DNA of 32,000 nucleotides from Xylanibacter ruminicola 23 (GTDB lineage Bacteria; Bacteroidota; Bacteroidia; Bacteroidales; Bacteroidaceae): assembly GCF_000025925.1 (NCBI RefSeq), contig NC_014033.1:300001-332000 (forward strand), given 5' to 3'. This document shows, piece by piece, positions 1 to 7,612 of this stretch. Below the pieces are notes generated by a model. The model was not told the DNA's origin and did not search any database. It was given only the letters and a program-made list of their open reading frames with translations. The translations under genes and the position numbers were made by a program. Each line of letters begins with the position of its first letter. Position 1 is the first letter of the stretch.

Positions 1-75
1 TTCCGTGCAGGTGATATCATCTGGGTGGTAGGCGAGCAAGACTCGCTCGACGCCCTCTTTAATATTAAGGATTAA
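1..75 (+). CDS. 3' end of an upstream CDS (24 codons plus TAA). The product cannot be identified. The tail FRAGDIIWVVGEQDSLDALFNIKD is reminiscent of the end of a TrkA-C/RCK_C-type domain.
   Basis: Frame 1 is open from base 1 and stops at TAA 73-75. The domain guess comes from the peptide alone. Confidence 0.4.
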   Translation, partial: FRAGDIIWVVGEQDSLDALFNIKD

Positions 76-84
76 ACATCAATC

Positions 85-126
85 TTTAATGTTTAATGTT
101 TAATGTTTAATGTTTAATGTTTAAAG
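85..126. repeat. Tandem heptamer array: (TTTAATG) x5 perfect copies (85-119) plus one degenerate unit TTTAAAG. It is bracketed by the 9-bp inverted repeat AATCTTTAA (81-89) / TTAAAGATT (121-129).
   Basis: Read directly from the sequence. It lies between two convergent stop codons (73-75 on plus, 121-123 on minus). The pepT stop codon falls inside the last unit. Confidence 0.9.
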
Positions 127-1344
127 ATTAAAGCCGGCAGTGAGTTCGCAGATTTTAATGATCACCTCTTTTGCTTTTTCCATTGATTGGATACTTACAA
201 ACTCGTAAGGTCCATGAAAGTTCACGCCGCCCGCAAAAATGTTAGGGCAGGGCAATCCTTTAAAACTCAGCTGTGCACCATCCGTACCACCACGGATAGG
301 CTTTACTTTCGGAGCCACACCGCAGTCCTGCATGGCGCGCAGCACCAGGTCTATCACGTGCATCTGCGGGTCAATCTTCTCCTTCATATTGTAGTACTGG
401 TCCTTTGTTTCAAGTGTTACAGTACCCTCACCATATTTCTCGTTCATTGCAGCCACCACGCTGGCCAGTGTGCGCTTGCGCTCCTCAAAACGGTCGCGGT
501 CGTGGTCGCGTATAATGTAGTGCATGCTCGCCTTCTCAACACTTCCCTGTACACCCAGCAGGTGATAGAATCCCTGATAACCCTCGGTAGTCTCGGGGCG
601 CTCATCGGCAGGCAGCATCGCAGCCAGTTCCATCGCCAGCAGGTTGGCATTCACCATCTTGTCCTTGGCATAGCCAGGATGCACGCTTACACCTTTTATA
701 TATATCTTGGCGCTGGCAGCATTAAAGTTCTCAAACTCCAGTTCGCCCACATCGCCGCCATCCATGGTGTAGCCCCATTCGCAACCGAATTTCTCTACAT
801 CAAAGTGGTGCGCGCCCATACCAATCTCCTCGTCAGGGTTAAAGGCCACGCGAATATCGCCGTGCTTTATCTCCTTGTGGTCGCGCAGGTAGCACATCGC
901 CTCTACTATCTCGGCTATGCCTGCCTTGTCGTCGGCACCCAGCAGTGTGGTACCATCCGTCACAATCAGGTCCTCGCCTGTGTGCTGCAGCAGCTCGGGG
1001 AATTTGGTGGGACTCATCATAATACCCTCCGAAAGCAGAATATCGCTGCCGTCGTAGTTGCGTACAATGTGTGGCTTGATGTCAGCACCCGAGCAGTCGG
1101 GGCTGGTATCGTAGTGCGAAATAAATCCGATGGTAGGAATCTCATCTTTCGTGTTGGCCTTCAGTGTAGCGTAGATGTAACCCTTCTCGTCCATCTCCAC
1201 ATCACTCAGTCCCTCATGTTCCAGTTCTTTCTTCAAGTACTCGGCAAACACCAGTTGTTTCGCCGTACTCGGTACGGTGTCACTATCCTCAGCCGACTGT
1301 GTGTCAAACTGGGTATAGTTTATAAATCTTTCTGTAATGTCCAT
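121..1344 (-). CDS. pepT: Peptidase T (tripeptide aminopeptidase, M20B family)
   Basis: The 407-aa product begins [17 protein letters not shown] and contains [20 protein letters not shown] and NPDEEIG, which are M20/PepT-like metal-site motifs. I prefer the ATG at 1344 to the ORF-track start at 1434. The extra 30 aa look non-native, and a TATCTTTG box sits at 1354-1361. Confidence 0.88.
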   Translation of the reverse strand: MDITERFINYTQFDTQSAEDSDTVPSTAKQLVFAEYLKKELEHEGLSDVEMDEKGYIYATLKANTKDEIPTIGFISHYDTSPDCSGADIKPHIVRNYDGSDILLSEGIMMSPTKFPELLQHTGEDLIVTDGTTLLGADDKAGIAEIVEAMCYLRDHKEIKHGDIRVAFNPDEEIGMGAHHFDVEKFGCEWGYTMDGGDVGELEFENFNAASAKIYIKGVSVHPGYAKDKMVNANLLAMELAAMLPADERPETTEGYQGFYHLLGVQGSVEKASMHYIIRDHDRDRFEERKRTLASVVAAMNEKYGEGTVTLETKDQYYNMKEKIDPQMHVIDLVLRAMQDCGVAPKVKPIRGGTDGAQLSFKGLPCPNIFAGGVNFHGPYEFVSIQSMEKAKEVIIKICELTAGFNL

Positions 1345-1353
1345 AATTGCCTG

Positions 1354-1361
1354 CAAAGATA
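1354..1361 (-). promoter_or_regulatory. Candidate Bacteroidota -7 promoter box (TATCTTTG, consensus TAnnTTTG) for pepT
   Basis: The plus strand reads CAAAGATA. The box ends 9 nt upstream of the ATG at 1344. Confidence 0.5.
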
Positions 1362-1426
1362 GTGCAAATTGAGTGAAATACCAAAGAAAAACGTTTTTTT
1401 CTTTGTATTTGCGAGATACAACCCAT

Positions 1427-2455
1427 TTATGCATTTAATCCGAAGCATCGACGAATCCACCGGTACGGTATACGCTCAATCACCCTACTCATCAGTATGG
1501 GTAGGTACAATCCAGCTAGAATGTTCAGCACATAGAATACATATACATACCCGCTGGGACATCCCAGCCTTCGCCATAATATCAACTCCACAAACGCCTG
1601 AAATGCAATACCGAACAGATATATAGGGAACACATAATTGCGTATCGACGACAATGCCTGCGGTATTCTGTCTGCTATGATCATGCTGGTGCTAATCATA
1701 GCCATCACACCCACCACACTCATCAGCAGCCACCATGGTTCGCCGTGCGGTGTCAACATATACATCGTGCAGTATGCAGCCCAGCAGGTGCACATAGCCA
1801 AAGCAGACCGCAGATATCGAAACAGCCTGTACTTGTATGTAATGATGCCCAGAAGAAAAAAAGGCAAGTGCTTGTTAAGCGTAAATGCATAGCACCAGTT
1901 GGTGTCTACCCAATCGGTAAAATCTACCAGATAAACTGCGATGGTCGCTGCAACTGCCATTACCTCAGCCTTCACTCCCCTATCAGATATATACCGATAG
2001 CATGGGTACAGCGCCATTATCCACACTAGCGACACCAGGTACCACCTGTGAGGCCAAGGCGTAGTGTCATAATCCAGCAGGGCGTATAGCAGTGTATCTA
2101 TCCCTATCACCTTCGGATGCTTAACCACACCGTTAAACACCGCTTGACTGGCGCATCCCAGTACCGTACAAAACAGCAACGGAACTATCAGTCTTGCCGT
2201 CTTATCCTTATACAGCTGAAACGTTCTCCACTCGCTACTCATCCTGGTATAGTATAGCAGCATGCCACTAATAAAGAAGAATGTTGCCATAAAGAACGGC
2301 TGAAACACATCGCGTATCCGATGCACAAAAGCATAGTCGTCACCAATTGACGCATCATACAGTCGCACATGGTTCATCACTACAAGTACAATAGCCATGC
2401 CCTGCAGTGCCGATATCCAGTTTATCTTAGCCGATGTATGTATACTCTTCGTCAT
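1427..2455 (-). CDS. Acyltransferase family 3 (OafA/YrhL-like) integral membrane protein
   Basis: 342 aa, with many hydrophobic segments. The N-terminus [20 protein letters not shown] is typical of Acyl_transf_3. ATG at 2453-2455, TAA at 1427-1429. Confidence 0.75.
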   Translation of the reverse strand: MTKSIHTSAKINWISALQGMAIVLVVMNHVRLYDASIGDDYAFVHRIRDVFQPFFMATFFFISGMLLYYTRMSSEWRTFQLYKDKTARLIVPLLFCTVLGCASQAVFNGVVKHPKVIGIDTLLYALLDYDTTPWPHRWYLVSLVWIMALYPCYRYISDRGVKAEVMAVAATIAVYLVDFTDWVDTNWCYAFTLNKHLPFFLLGIITYKYRLFRYLRSALAMCTCWAAYCTMYMLTPHGEPWWLLMSVVGVMAMISTSMIIADRIPQALSSIRNYVFPIYLFGIAFQAFVELILWRRLGCPSGYVYVFYVLNILAGLYLPILMSRVIERIPYRWIRRCFGLNA

Positions 2456-2468
2456 AAATATCTCGCCG

Positions 2469-2476
2469 CAAAATTA
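2469..2476 (-). promoter_or_regulatory. Candidate -7 box (TAATTTTG) for the acyltransferase gene
   Basis: The plus strand reads CAAAATTA, 13 nt upstream of the ATG at 2455. Confidence 0.45.
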
Positions 2477-2541
2477 ATAAGAAATCCTTAAATGCCAGCA
2501 TCTTTCCCCGATTATTGGCATTTATTACATAAAAAATCGGA

Positions 2542-2573
2542 AATGAACTAATGAACTAATGTACCAATGTTGA
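2542..2573. repeat. Octamer tandem array: AATGAACT x2 perfect, followed by the degenerate units AATGTACC and AATGTTGA
   Basis: Read directly. The only ATG of the M15 fragment (2567) lies inside the last unit. An in-frame TGA sits at 2552-2554. Confidence 0.8.
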
Positions 2574-2839
2574 TAGCTGGTTATCGATCACCTCAGCTTA
2601 ACAGGAAGGTTGGAGGGGCGGCGAACTCGAATCACTTAACGGGGTGCGCGGTGGATATACGTACTTCGGGCTATGAACAAGCGATAGTTTATGCGGCCAT
2701 CCTGATTAATTATGCCAAAGAGTCGCAGCAGGAGTTTGACGAATTGTTGATAGAACGTAATAGATATGGGGCTGTATGGGTACATTTTGCGGTGCGGCCC
2801 AAGGACAATCGGCATAGGGTAAACTTTATCAATGCGTAA
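2567..2839 (+). pseudogene. N-terminally truncated Peptidase_M15_3 fragment (D-Ala-D-Ala carboxypeptidase-like / YcbK-like metallohydrolase)
   Basis: The 90-aa ORF opens mid-domain at GYRSPQLNRKVGGAANSNHLTGCAVD (the HxxxxxxD zinc motif) and later has VWVHF. Full-length members as I recall them are about 120-140 aa. The frame is closed by TGA 5 codons upstream of the ATG. Confidence 0.6.
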
Positions 2840-2869
2840 GTTTGCAACTTGGTTGCAGAAAATACTGCG

Positions 2870-2877
2870 TACCTTTG
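2870..2877 (+). promoter_or_regulatory. Candidate -7 box (TACCTTTG) for the P-type ATPase gene
   Basis: Exact TAnnTTTG match ending 30 nt upstream of the ATG at 2908. Confidence 0.5.
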
Positions 2878-2907
2878 CAGCGCGAAACAATAAAAAGGAA
2901 TAAGAAT

Positions 2908-4869
2908 ATGGAAAAGAATTGCGAATATTGCGGTGTACATGCACATCATGATGAGCATCATGAGCACGAGCACCACCACGAGCATAACACTCGTGAACAG
3001 TTGAGGCTGATTATTATCACAGCCGTGCTGCTGATAGGAGCGGTAATAGTAGAACACCAGTTTGCACTCGAAACCTGGCAGCTGCTGTTGGTATATCTGG
3101 TACCTTATATCATAATAGGTCATGATACCTTGAAGGAGGCGGCTGAGGGTTTGCTGGAGGGCGAGCCGTTTAACGAGCACTTCCTGATGAGTATTGCCAC
3201 CATCGGCGCCTTGTGTATAGGTTTCCTGCCAGGGGCTGAAACACAGTTTCCCGAGGCGGTGTTTGTGATGCTGTTTTTCCAGGTGGGTGAGCTGTTTGAG
3301 GGTTATGCTGAGGGTAAGAGCCGCGACAGCATTGCGCACCTGATGGAGATAAAACCCGACTATGCCACACTGTGGAGTAAGGACGAAGGAGGAAGGGGTA
3401 AGGAGATGACAGTAGCGCCCGACGAGGTGAAGGTGGGCGATACGATTATTATTAAGCCGGGCGAGAGAGTGCCCTTGGATGGTGTGATCATCGACGGTAC
3501 GAGTGCGCTGAATACGGTGGCGCTGACAGGCGAATCGTTGCCCCGCGATGTGGCCGAGGCCGACGAGGTGATATCGGGATGCGTAAACCTGAGTGGCGTG
3601 CTGCGTGTACGCGTGACCAAGCCCTACGGTGAGAGTACGGTATCGAAAATCATCAAGCTGGTTGAGGATGCCGGCGAACATAAGTCGCAAAGCGAAACCT
3701 TTATTACCCGCTTTGCCCGTATCTACACGCCTATCGTGGTGTTTGCCGCCATCGCCCTGGCCGTTGTGCCTACACTGCTGGGTGGGACCTTCAGCACCTG
3801 GCTGTACAGAGCGCTGATGTTCCTGGTAGTATCGTGCCCCTGTGCGCTGGTAATCAGCGTGCCGCTGACATTCTTTGGTGGTATCGGCGGTGCCTCGCGT
3901 CGTGGAATATTAATCAAGGGTGCGAACTACATGGATGTGCTGGCGAAGGTGCGTACGGTGGTGTTTGACAAGACGGGTACGCTCACTCACGGCAAATTTG
4001 CCGTAACGGCCGTGCATCCGGATGCTATCGACGATCACCAGCTGCTGCACCTGGCGGCTCATGTGGAGCACTTTTCTACTCATCCCATTGGTGCGGCCCT
4101 GCGTGATGCATTCCCCGATGAGGCTACGGATGGCTGCGAGGTGAGCGATGTGCGCGAGATGGCCGGACAGGGCATCATAGCCAAGGTGGGCGATCGCGAG
4201 GTGGCTGTAGGTAACACCAAACTGATGGATGCCATCGGTGCCAAGTGGCACGACTGTCACCATACGGGTACGATTATCCACGTGGCCATAAACGGTACCT
4301 ATGCGGGTCATATTGTGATTAACGACCAGATAAAAGCGGATAGTGCCGAGGCCATTGCTGCCCTGCATACACTGGGTGTGAACCGTACGGTGATGCTGAC
4401 CGGAGACCGCCAGGAGGTGGCCGATAACGTGGCCAAGCAGCTGGGACTGACCGAGTACCATGCCGAGTTGATGCCTGCTGATAAGGTTTCGAAAGTTGAA
4501 GAACTATCAACTGTAAACTATCAACAAGCAACTCCTCTTGCCTTCGTAGGCGACGGCATTAACGATGCCCCTGTATTGGCACGTGCCGATATTGGTATAG
4601 CCATGGGCGGACTGGGTAGCGATGCGGCCATTGAGGCAGCCGACGTGGTGCTGATGGACGATAAACCATCGAAGATAGCTACGGCCATCGGTATAGCCCG
4701 CAGAACTCTGGCGATTGCACGACAGAACGTATGGCTGGCCATCGGTATTAAGTTGGCTGTGCTGGTTCTGGCTGCCTTTGGTGTGGCAACCATGTGGATG
4801 GCCGTGTTTGCCGATGTAGGCGTAACGGTGCTGGCCGTGCTGAATGCGATGCGTACCCTGCGCGCTTAG
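2908..4869 (+). CDS. Heavy-metal translocating P1B-type ATPase (Zn/Cd/Co-type, CadA/ZntA-like) with a His-rich N-terminus
   Basis: Motifs seen: TM CPC (VSCPCALVIS), DKTGTLT, STHPIG (HP motif) and GDGINDAP. The N-terminus is MEKNCEYCGVHAHHDEHHEHEHHHEH. I prefer the ATG at 2908 to the ORF-track start at 2842. Metal specificity was not determined. Confidence 0.9.
   Translation: MEKNCEYCGVHAHHDEHHEHEHHHEHNTREQLRLIIITAVLLIGAVIVEHQFALETWQLLLVYLVPYIIIGHDTLKEAAEGLLEGEPFNEHFLMSIATIGALCIGFLPGAETQFPEAVFVMLFFQVGELFEGYAEGKSRDSIAHLMEIKPDYATLWSKDEGGRGKEMTVAPDEVKVGDTIIIKPGERVPLDGVIIDGTSALNTVALTGESLPRDVAEADEVISGCVNLSGVLRVRVTKPYGESTVSKIIKLVEDAGEHKSQSETFITRFARIYTPIVVFAAIALAVVPTLLGGTFSTWLYRALMFLVVSCPCALVISVPLTFFGGIGGASRRGILIKGANYMDVLAKVRTVVFDKTGTLTHGKFAVTAVHPDAIDDHQLLHLAAHVEHFSTHPIGAALRDAFPDEATDGCEVSDVREMAGQGIIAKVGDREVAVGNTKLMDAIGAKWHDCHHTGTIIHVAINGTYAGHIVINDQIKADSAEAIAALHTLGVNRTVMLTGDRQEVADNVAKQLGLTEYHAELMPADKVSKVEELSTVNYQQATPLAFVGDGINDAPVLARADIGIAMGGLGSDAAIEAADVVLMDDKPSKIATAIGIARRTLAIARQNVWLAIGIKLAVLVLAAFGVATMWMAVFADVGVTVLAVLNAMRTLRA
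4502..4533 (+). repeat. AT-rich imperfect tandem repeat with 14-bp period (AACTATCAAC at 4502 and 4516, partial AACT at 4530) inside the ATPase CDS
   Basis: Read directly. It encodes LSTVNYQQAT just upstream of the GDGINDAP motif. Confidence 0.6.
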
Positions 4870-5768
4870 AACTTATACGTGTATCCCAAACCCAGGATGT
4901 GACGGTTGCCGTCGGTATCATCCTGGCCAAAGGGATGCTGGTACATGTATTTGATATCGAATGCGTGCTGCTTGTTCAGGCGTAACTCGGTACCTACGGC
5001 ATAGCGAATCTTATCCCATCCGTTTGACATGTAGGTTTCGACATTGGCATAGGGGCGGAACAGGTTGCCAAGCTTATATTTGGCCTGCAGGCGGTTACGC
5101 CACACGTTCTTGCCTTTGCCACTGTAGGTATGCTCGTCGGCCTCGGTGCCATTAGCGGTGTAGTACACACGCAGCACGGCCATATCGCGCAGAAAGTCGA
5201 TGGCACCCACCTTTACATCGGTTACGGCAATGCCCAGGCGCAGTTCCAGATCGGCTATCAGTTCCTTTCGTTTCTCGGGCTTAATAAGTTCGATGCGGTC
5301 GTACTGCACCAACTTGGAGGTTTCCATCTTCAGCGTGCGCTCTAACAGCGTGATGGCCAGCATGGTAATCACATCTATCACCACCAGCTCCATCACCGGG
5401 GTGCCAATCAGTCGCCCGTTGACATCGATACCCAGCGAGTCGGCCATGGCATGAACTACCGACAGGCAGATGACCACAAACAGATACGTCATTTCGCGTA
5501 CAGGCATGGAGTCGGTGCGGTAGCGCATAATGGAAAAGATACCAAAAAGGCCTAACCCTACGCCCATGGTAGCCTTACCGCGATCCATACCCATCATGAG
5601 GTACACTAAGAAATAGATGGCTACCGAGATGACCATGAAGGTAAAGTAAAAATCCTGTCGTTTGCTTTTCTTGAAGTACAGGAAGTGTACGATAGCCCAG
5701 TTAACTAAAACACAGATGGCGAACCTGAGAAGTGTGTCGCCGAAGCCGTTCGAAAAAATGTCTTGCAT
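4866..5768 (-). CDS. DUF4956-like multi-pass membrane protein with an extra beta-barrel-like C-terminal tail of about 90 aa
   Basis: Residues 1 to about 205 match my recollection of DUF4956 (a hydrophobic N-terminal half, then IELIKPEKRKELIADLELRLGI...DFLRDMAVLRVYY). The tail shows an alternating pattern and ends GLGYTYKF, which looks like an outer-membrane-protein terminal signature. ATG at 5766-5768. Confidence 0.65.
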   Translation of the reverse strand: MQDIFSNGFGDTLLRFAICVLVNWAIVHFLYFKKSKRQDFYFTFMVISVAIYFLVYLMMGMDRGKATMGVGLGLFGIFSIMRYRTDSMPVREMTYLFVVICLSVVHAMADSLGIDVNGRLIGTPVMELVVIDVITMLAITLLERTLKMETSKLVQYDRIELIKPEKRKELIADLELRLGIAVTDVKVGAIDFLRDMAVLRVYYTANGTEADEHTYSGKGKNVWRNRLQAKYKLGNLFRPYANVETYMSNGWDKIRYAVGTELRLNKQHAFDIKYMYQHPFGQDDTDGNRHILGLGYTYKF

Positions 5769-5769
5769 A

Positions 5770-6525
5770 TTATGAATTGTTTACTAGTTTTCCTATTTCG
5801 ATGAGTTTGCACTTAAAGCGGTTTACCTGCAGTTGCGGATTGGTGAGTGCCGACCCGATGCTGTATTTGGAGAATCCGTGTGGATGGATGCGCAGCTGGC
5901 GCAGCATGTGGAGAATAGGCGAGTAGATGAGTCCGTCGCGTTTCAGTTCGATAATCACCAGGTTGTCCATCTGTTTGTTAACGCCGCTGATGAGGTTATG
6001 AAAGCACAGCTGCTGGTCGATGGTAAGGCGTTCGGTCTTGGCTTTGTTGACGAGAGTGATGCGACGGAAATGATTGTTGAGTGCCGGCTGTAAGGTATCG
6101 ACATCGTAGCGCAGATGTCGACCGAGAAACAGGCGGCACTGTTGCTCGGTAACATCCATATGGCTTACCTCTATACGTTTTTTCTTGGTGCGCCCGTGAT
6201 TGTTTTTGGTCTTAACCTCCATAAACTGCAAACCACTTACGCAGTAGGTGCGGAACCGTATCTTCTGTCGGTTGGTATGGTTCCACTGGTGCTGGTTGTA
6301 CATGTCGAAGTTATAGGTATCAAAGTACGTGGTGTCGTACTCCGGATTTCGTTCGCCATCTATCTCCTGCACATCATAATCGGCTTGTGCCATCTGCAGC
6401 AGCAAGCGCAGCTTAGCCATGTTTGTAACAAACTTGGTATCGGTGCGATTCATGAGCTTTACGCTGCTCATCTGCTCGAGTGTGATAGGAGCAAAGGTGC
6501 CCAGTATGTTGTTGATTGTTGTCAT
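5770..6525 (-). CDS. VTC-domain protein (Vtc4-like polyphosphate polymerase / triphosphate tunnel metalloenzyme fold)
   Basis: Motifs seen: MNRTDTKFV, KIRFRTYC and FMEVKTKNNHGRTKKKR. The ORF-track start at 6537 is a TTG, so I prefer the ATG at 6525 (MTTINN). Its TAA at 5770-5772 lies 1 nt from the DUF4956 ATG. Confidence 0.75.
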   Translation of the reverse strand: MTTINNILGTFAPITLEQMSSVKLMNRTDTKFVTNMAKLRLLLQMAQADYDVQEIDGERNPEYDTTYFDTYNFDMYNQHQWNHTNRQKIRFRTYCVSGLQFMEVKTKNNHGRTKKKRIEVSHMDVTEQQCRLFLGRHLRYDVDTLQPALNNHFRRITLVNKAKTERLTIDQQLCFHNLISGVNKQMDNLVIIELKRDGLIYSPILHMLRQLRIHPHGFSKYSIGSALTNPQLQVNRFKCKLIEIGKLVNNS

Positions 6526-6534
6526 AAGCGGTGG

Positions 6535-6542
6535 CAAAAGTA
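6535..6542 (-). promoter_or_regulatory. Candidate -7 box (TACTTTTG) for the VTC/DUF4956 operon
   Basis: The plus strand reads CAAAAGTA. The box ends 9 nt upstream of the ATG at 6525. Confidence 0.45.
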
Positions 6543-6613
6543 ATGCATTTGCCCTTATCCGCCTAATTTAATCAACCAAGCGCTTAAGTTCTTCAGCGAA
6601 CCCGAGAATGCTG

Positions 6614-7585
6614 TCAGTTGTCCATCGGATAGCGCACGCCCCATTTACGGCGTAGCTCGTCCATCAGTTGCATCACGTAGAGTGTTTCGGTATGTGGCAT
6701 CTCGCGGGGTTCAGTCAGCTTGTCGATGAGTGCCTGTCGGCAAGCCAGGAACTGGTATTCGTAGCCTGTTATCTGCTGTGGCACGTGGATGGTTTCAACA
6801 AACGTGCGGCCGGGACCGTTGAGGGTTATCGTTTGGGGGTTGTTGATGTTGTCGATGATGATGTTGCCCTGGGTGCCTGCTATCACACCGATATTGTCGC
6901 CCACGCATTGGGCCGACGACTGCACGTTGGCCAGGATGCCATCCTTGAGAATGATGGTGATGGCGTTCGTCAGGTCCATCCCTGTATCGCTCTTCACGCA
7001 GTGGCCGTCGATACTTTCGATATCGGCATCGCAGAACATGCGTACAAAGTTAAGGGCATACACGCCCAGGTCGAGTAGGGCACCGCCGCAAAGGTCGGGG
7101 CGCATGATGCGAGGCTTGTTACCCATCGAATAGCCAAGGGTGGCTGTCACCATTCGTGGCTGTCCGATACGTCCGTCGGCCATCAGTTTCCTCACGATGC
7201 CCACGGCAGGCTGGTAGCGTGTCCAGATGGCTTCGGCTAAGAACACTTGCTTTTCGTGTGCCAATCGGATGATATCCTGTGCTTGGGTGGCATTGGCCAT
7301 GAATGCCTTCTCAACCAAGCAGGGCTTGCCTGCCATGATGGCCTGGCGCGTTACATCGTAATGGTGCGAGTGCGGGGTGCCGATATACACCAGGTCGATA
7401 TCCTTATCGGCTATCAACTCAGTATAACTGCCGTAAGCTTTGGGGATGTTCCACTTGGCAGCAAAAGCGTCTGCCGTTTCCTGTTGGCGTGAGCCCACCG
7501 CATAGGCCTCACAGTTGTCCAGTCCGTTTAAGGTGATGGCTGCCTTCTCAGCAATCCATCCTGTTCCGATAATACCTACTTTCAT
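6614..7585 (-). CDS. Gfo/Idh/MocA family NAD(P)-dependent oxidoreductase
   Basis: The N-terminal Rossmann motif is MKVGIIGTGWIAEK. EKAF and GTPHSHH motifs are present, and the length is 323 aa. Confidence 0.85.
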   Translation of the reverse strand: MKVGIIGTGWIAEKAAITLNGLDNCEAYAVGSRQQETADAFAAKWNIPKAYGSYTELIADKDIDLVYIGTPHSHHYDVTRQAIMAGKPCLVEKAFMANATQAQDIIRLAHEKQVFLAEAIWTRYQPAVGIVRKLMADGRIGQPRMVTATLGYSMGNKPRIMRPDLCGGALLDLGVYALNFVRMFCDADIESIDGHCVKSDTGMDLTNAITIILKDGILANVQSSAQCVGDNIGVIAGTQGNIIIDNINNPQTITLNGPGRTFVETIHVPQQITGYEYQFLACRQALIDKLTEPREMPHTETLYVMQLMDELRRKWGVRYPMDN

Positions 7586-7612
7586 CTTATCCTTTAGTTT
7601 GGTTTTATTGTT

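Noticed and set aside
187-1362. 391-aa ORF on the plus strand
   Set aside because: It lies entirely antisense to the well-supported pepT CDS. The translation is low-complexity and rich in Leu, Val, His and Arg, with no recognisable motifs, so it is a shadow ORF.
1345-1434. 30-codon N-terminal extension of the pepT ORF (track start at 1434)
   Set aside because: The extension ([20 protein letters not shown]...) overlaps the acyltransferase stop and the TATCTTTG promoter box. PepT-like sequence begins at MDITERF.
2929-2990. Repetitive CAT/CAC/GAG-rich DNA at the ATPase 5' end
   Set aside because: The His/Glu/Asp-rich metal-binding N-terminus (HAHHDEHHEHEHHHEH) explains it. It is not an independent repeat element.
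2710-3690. 326-aa ORF on the minus strand, plus several ORFs of 60-180 aa at 3170-4930
   Set aside because: They are antisense or out of frame relative to the P-type ATPase, which carries all canonical motifs. No motifs are recognisable in them.
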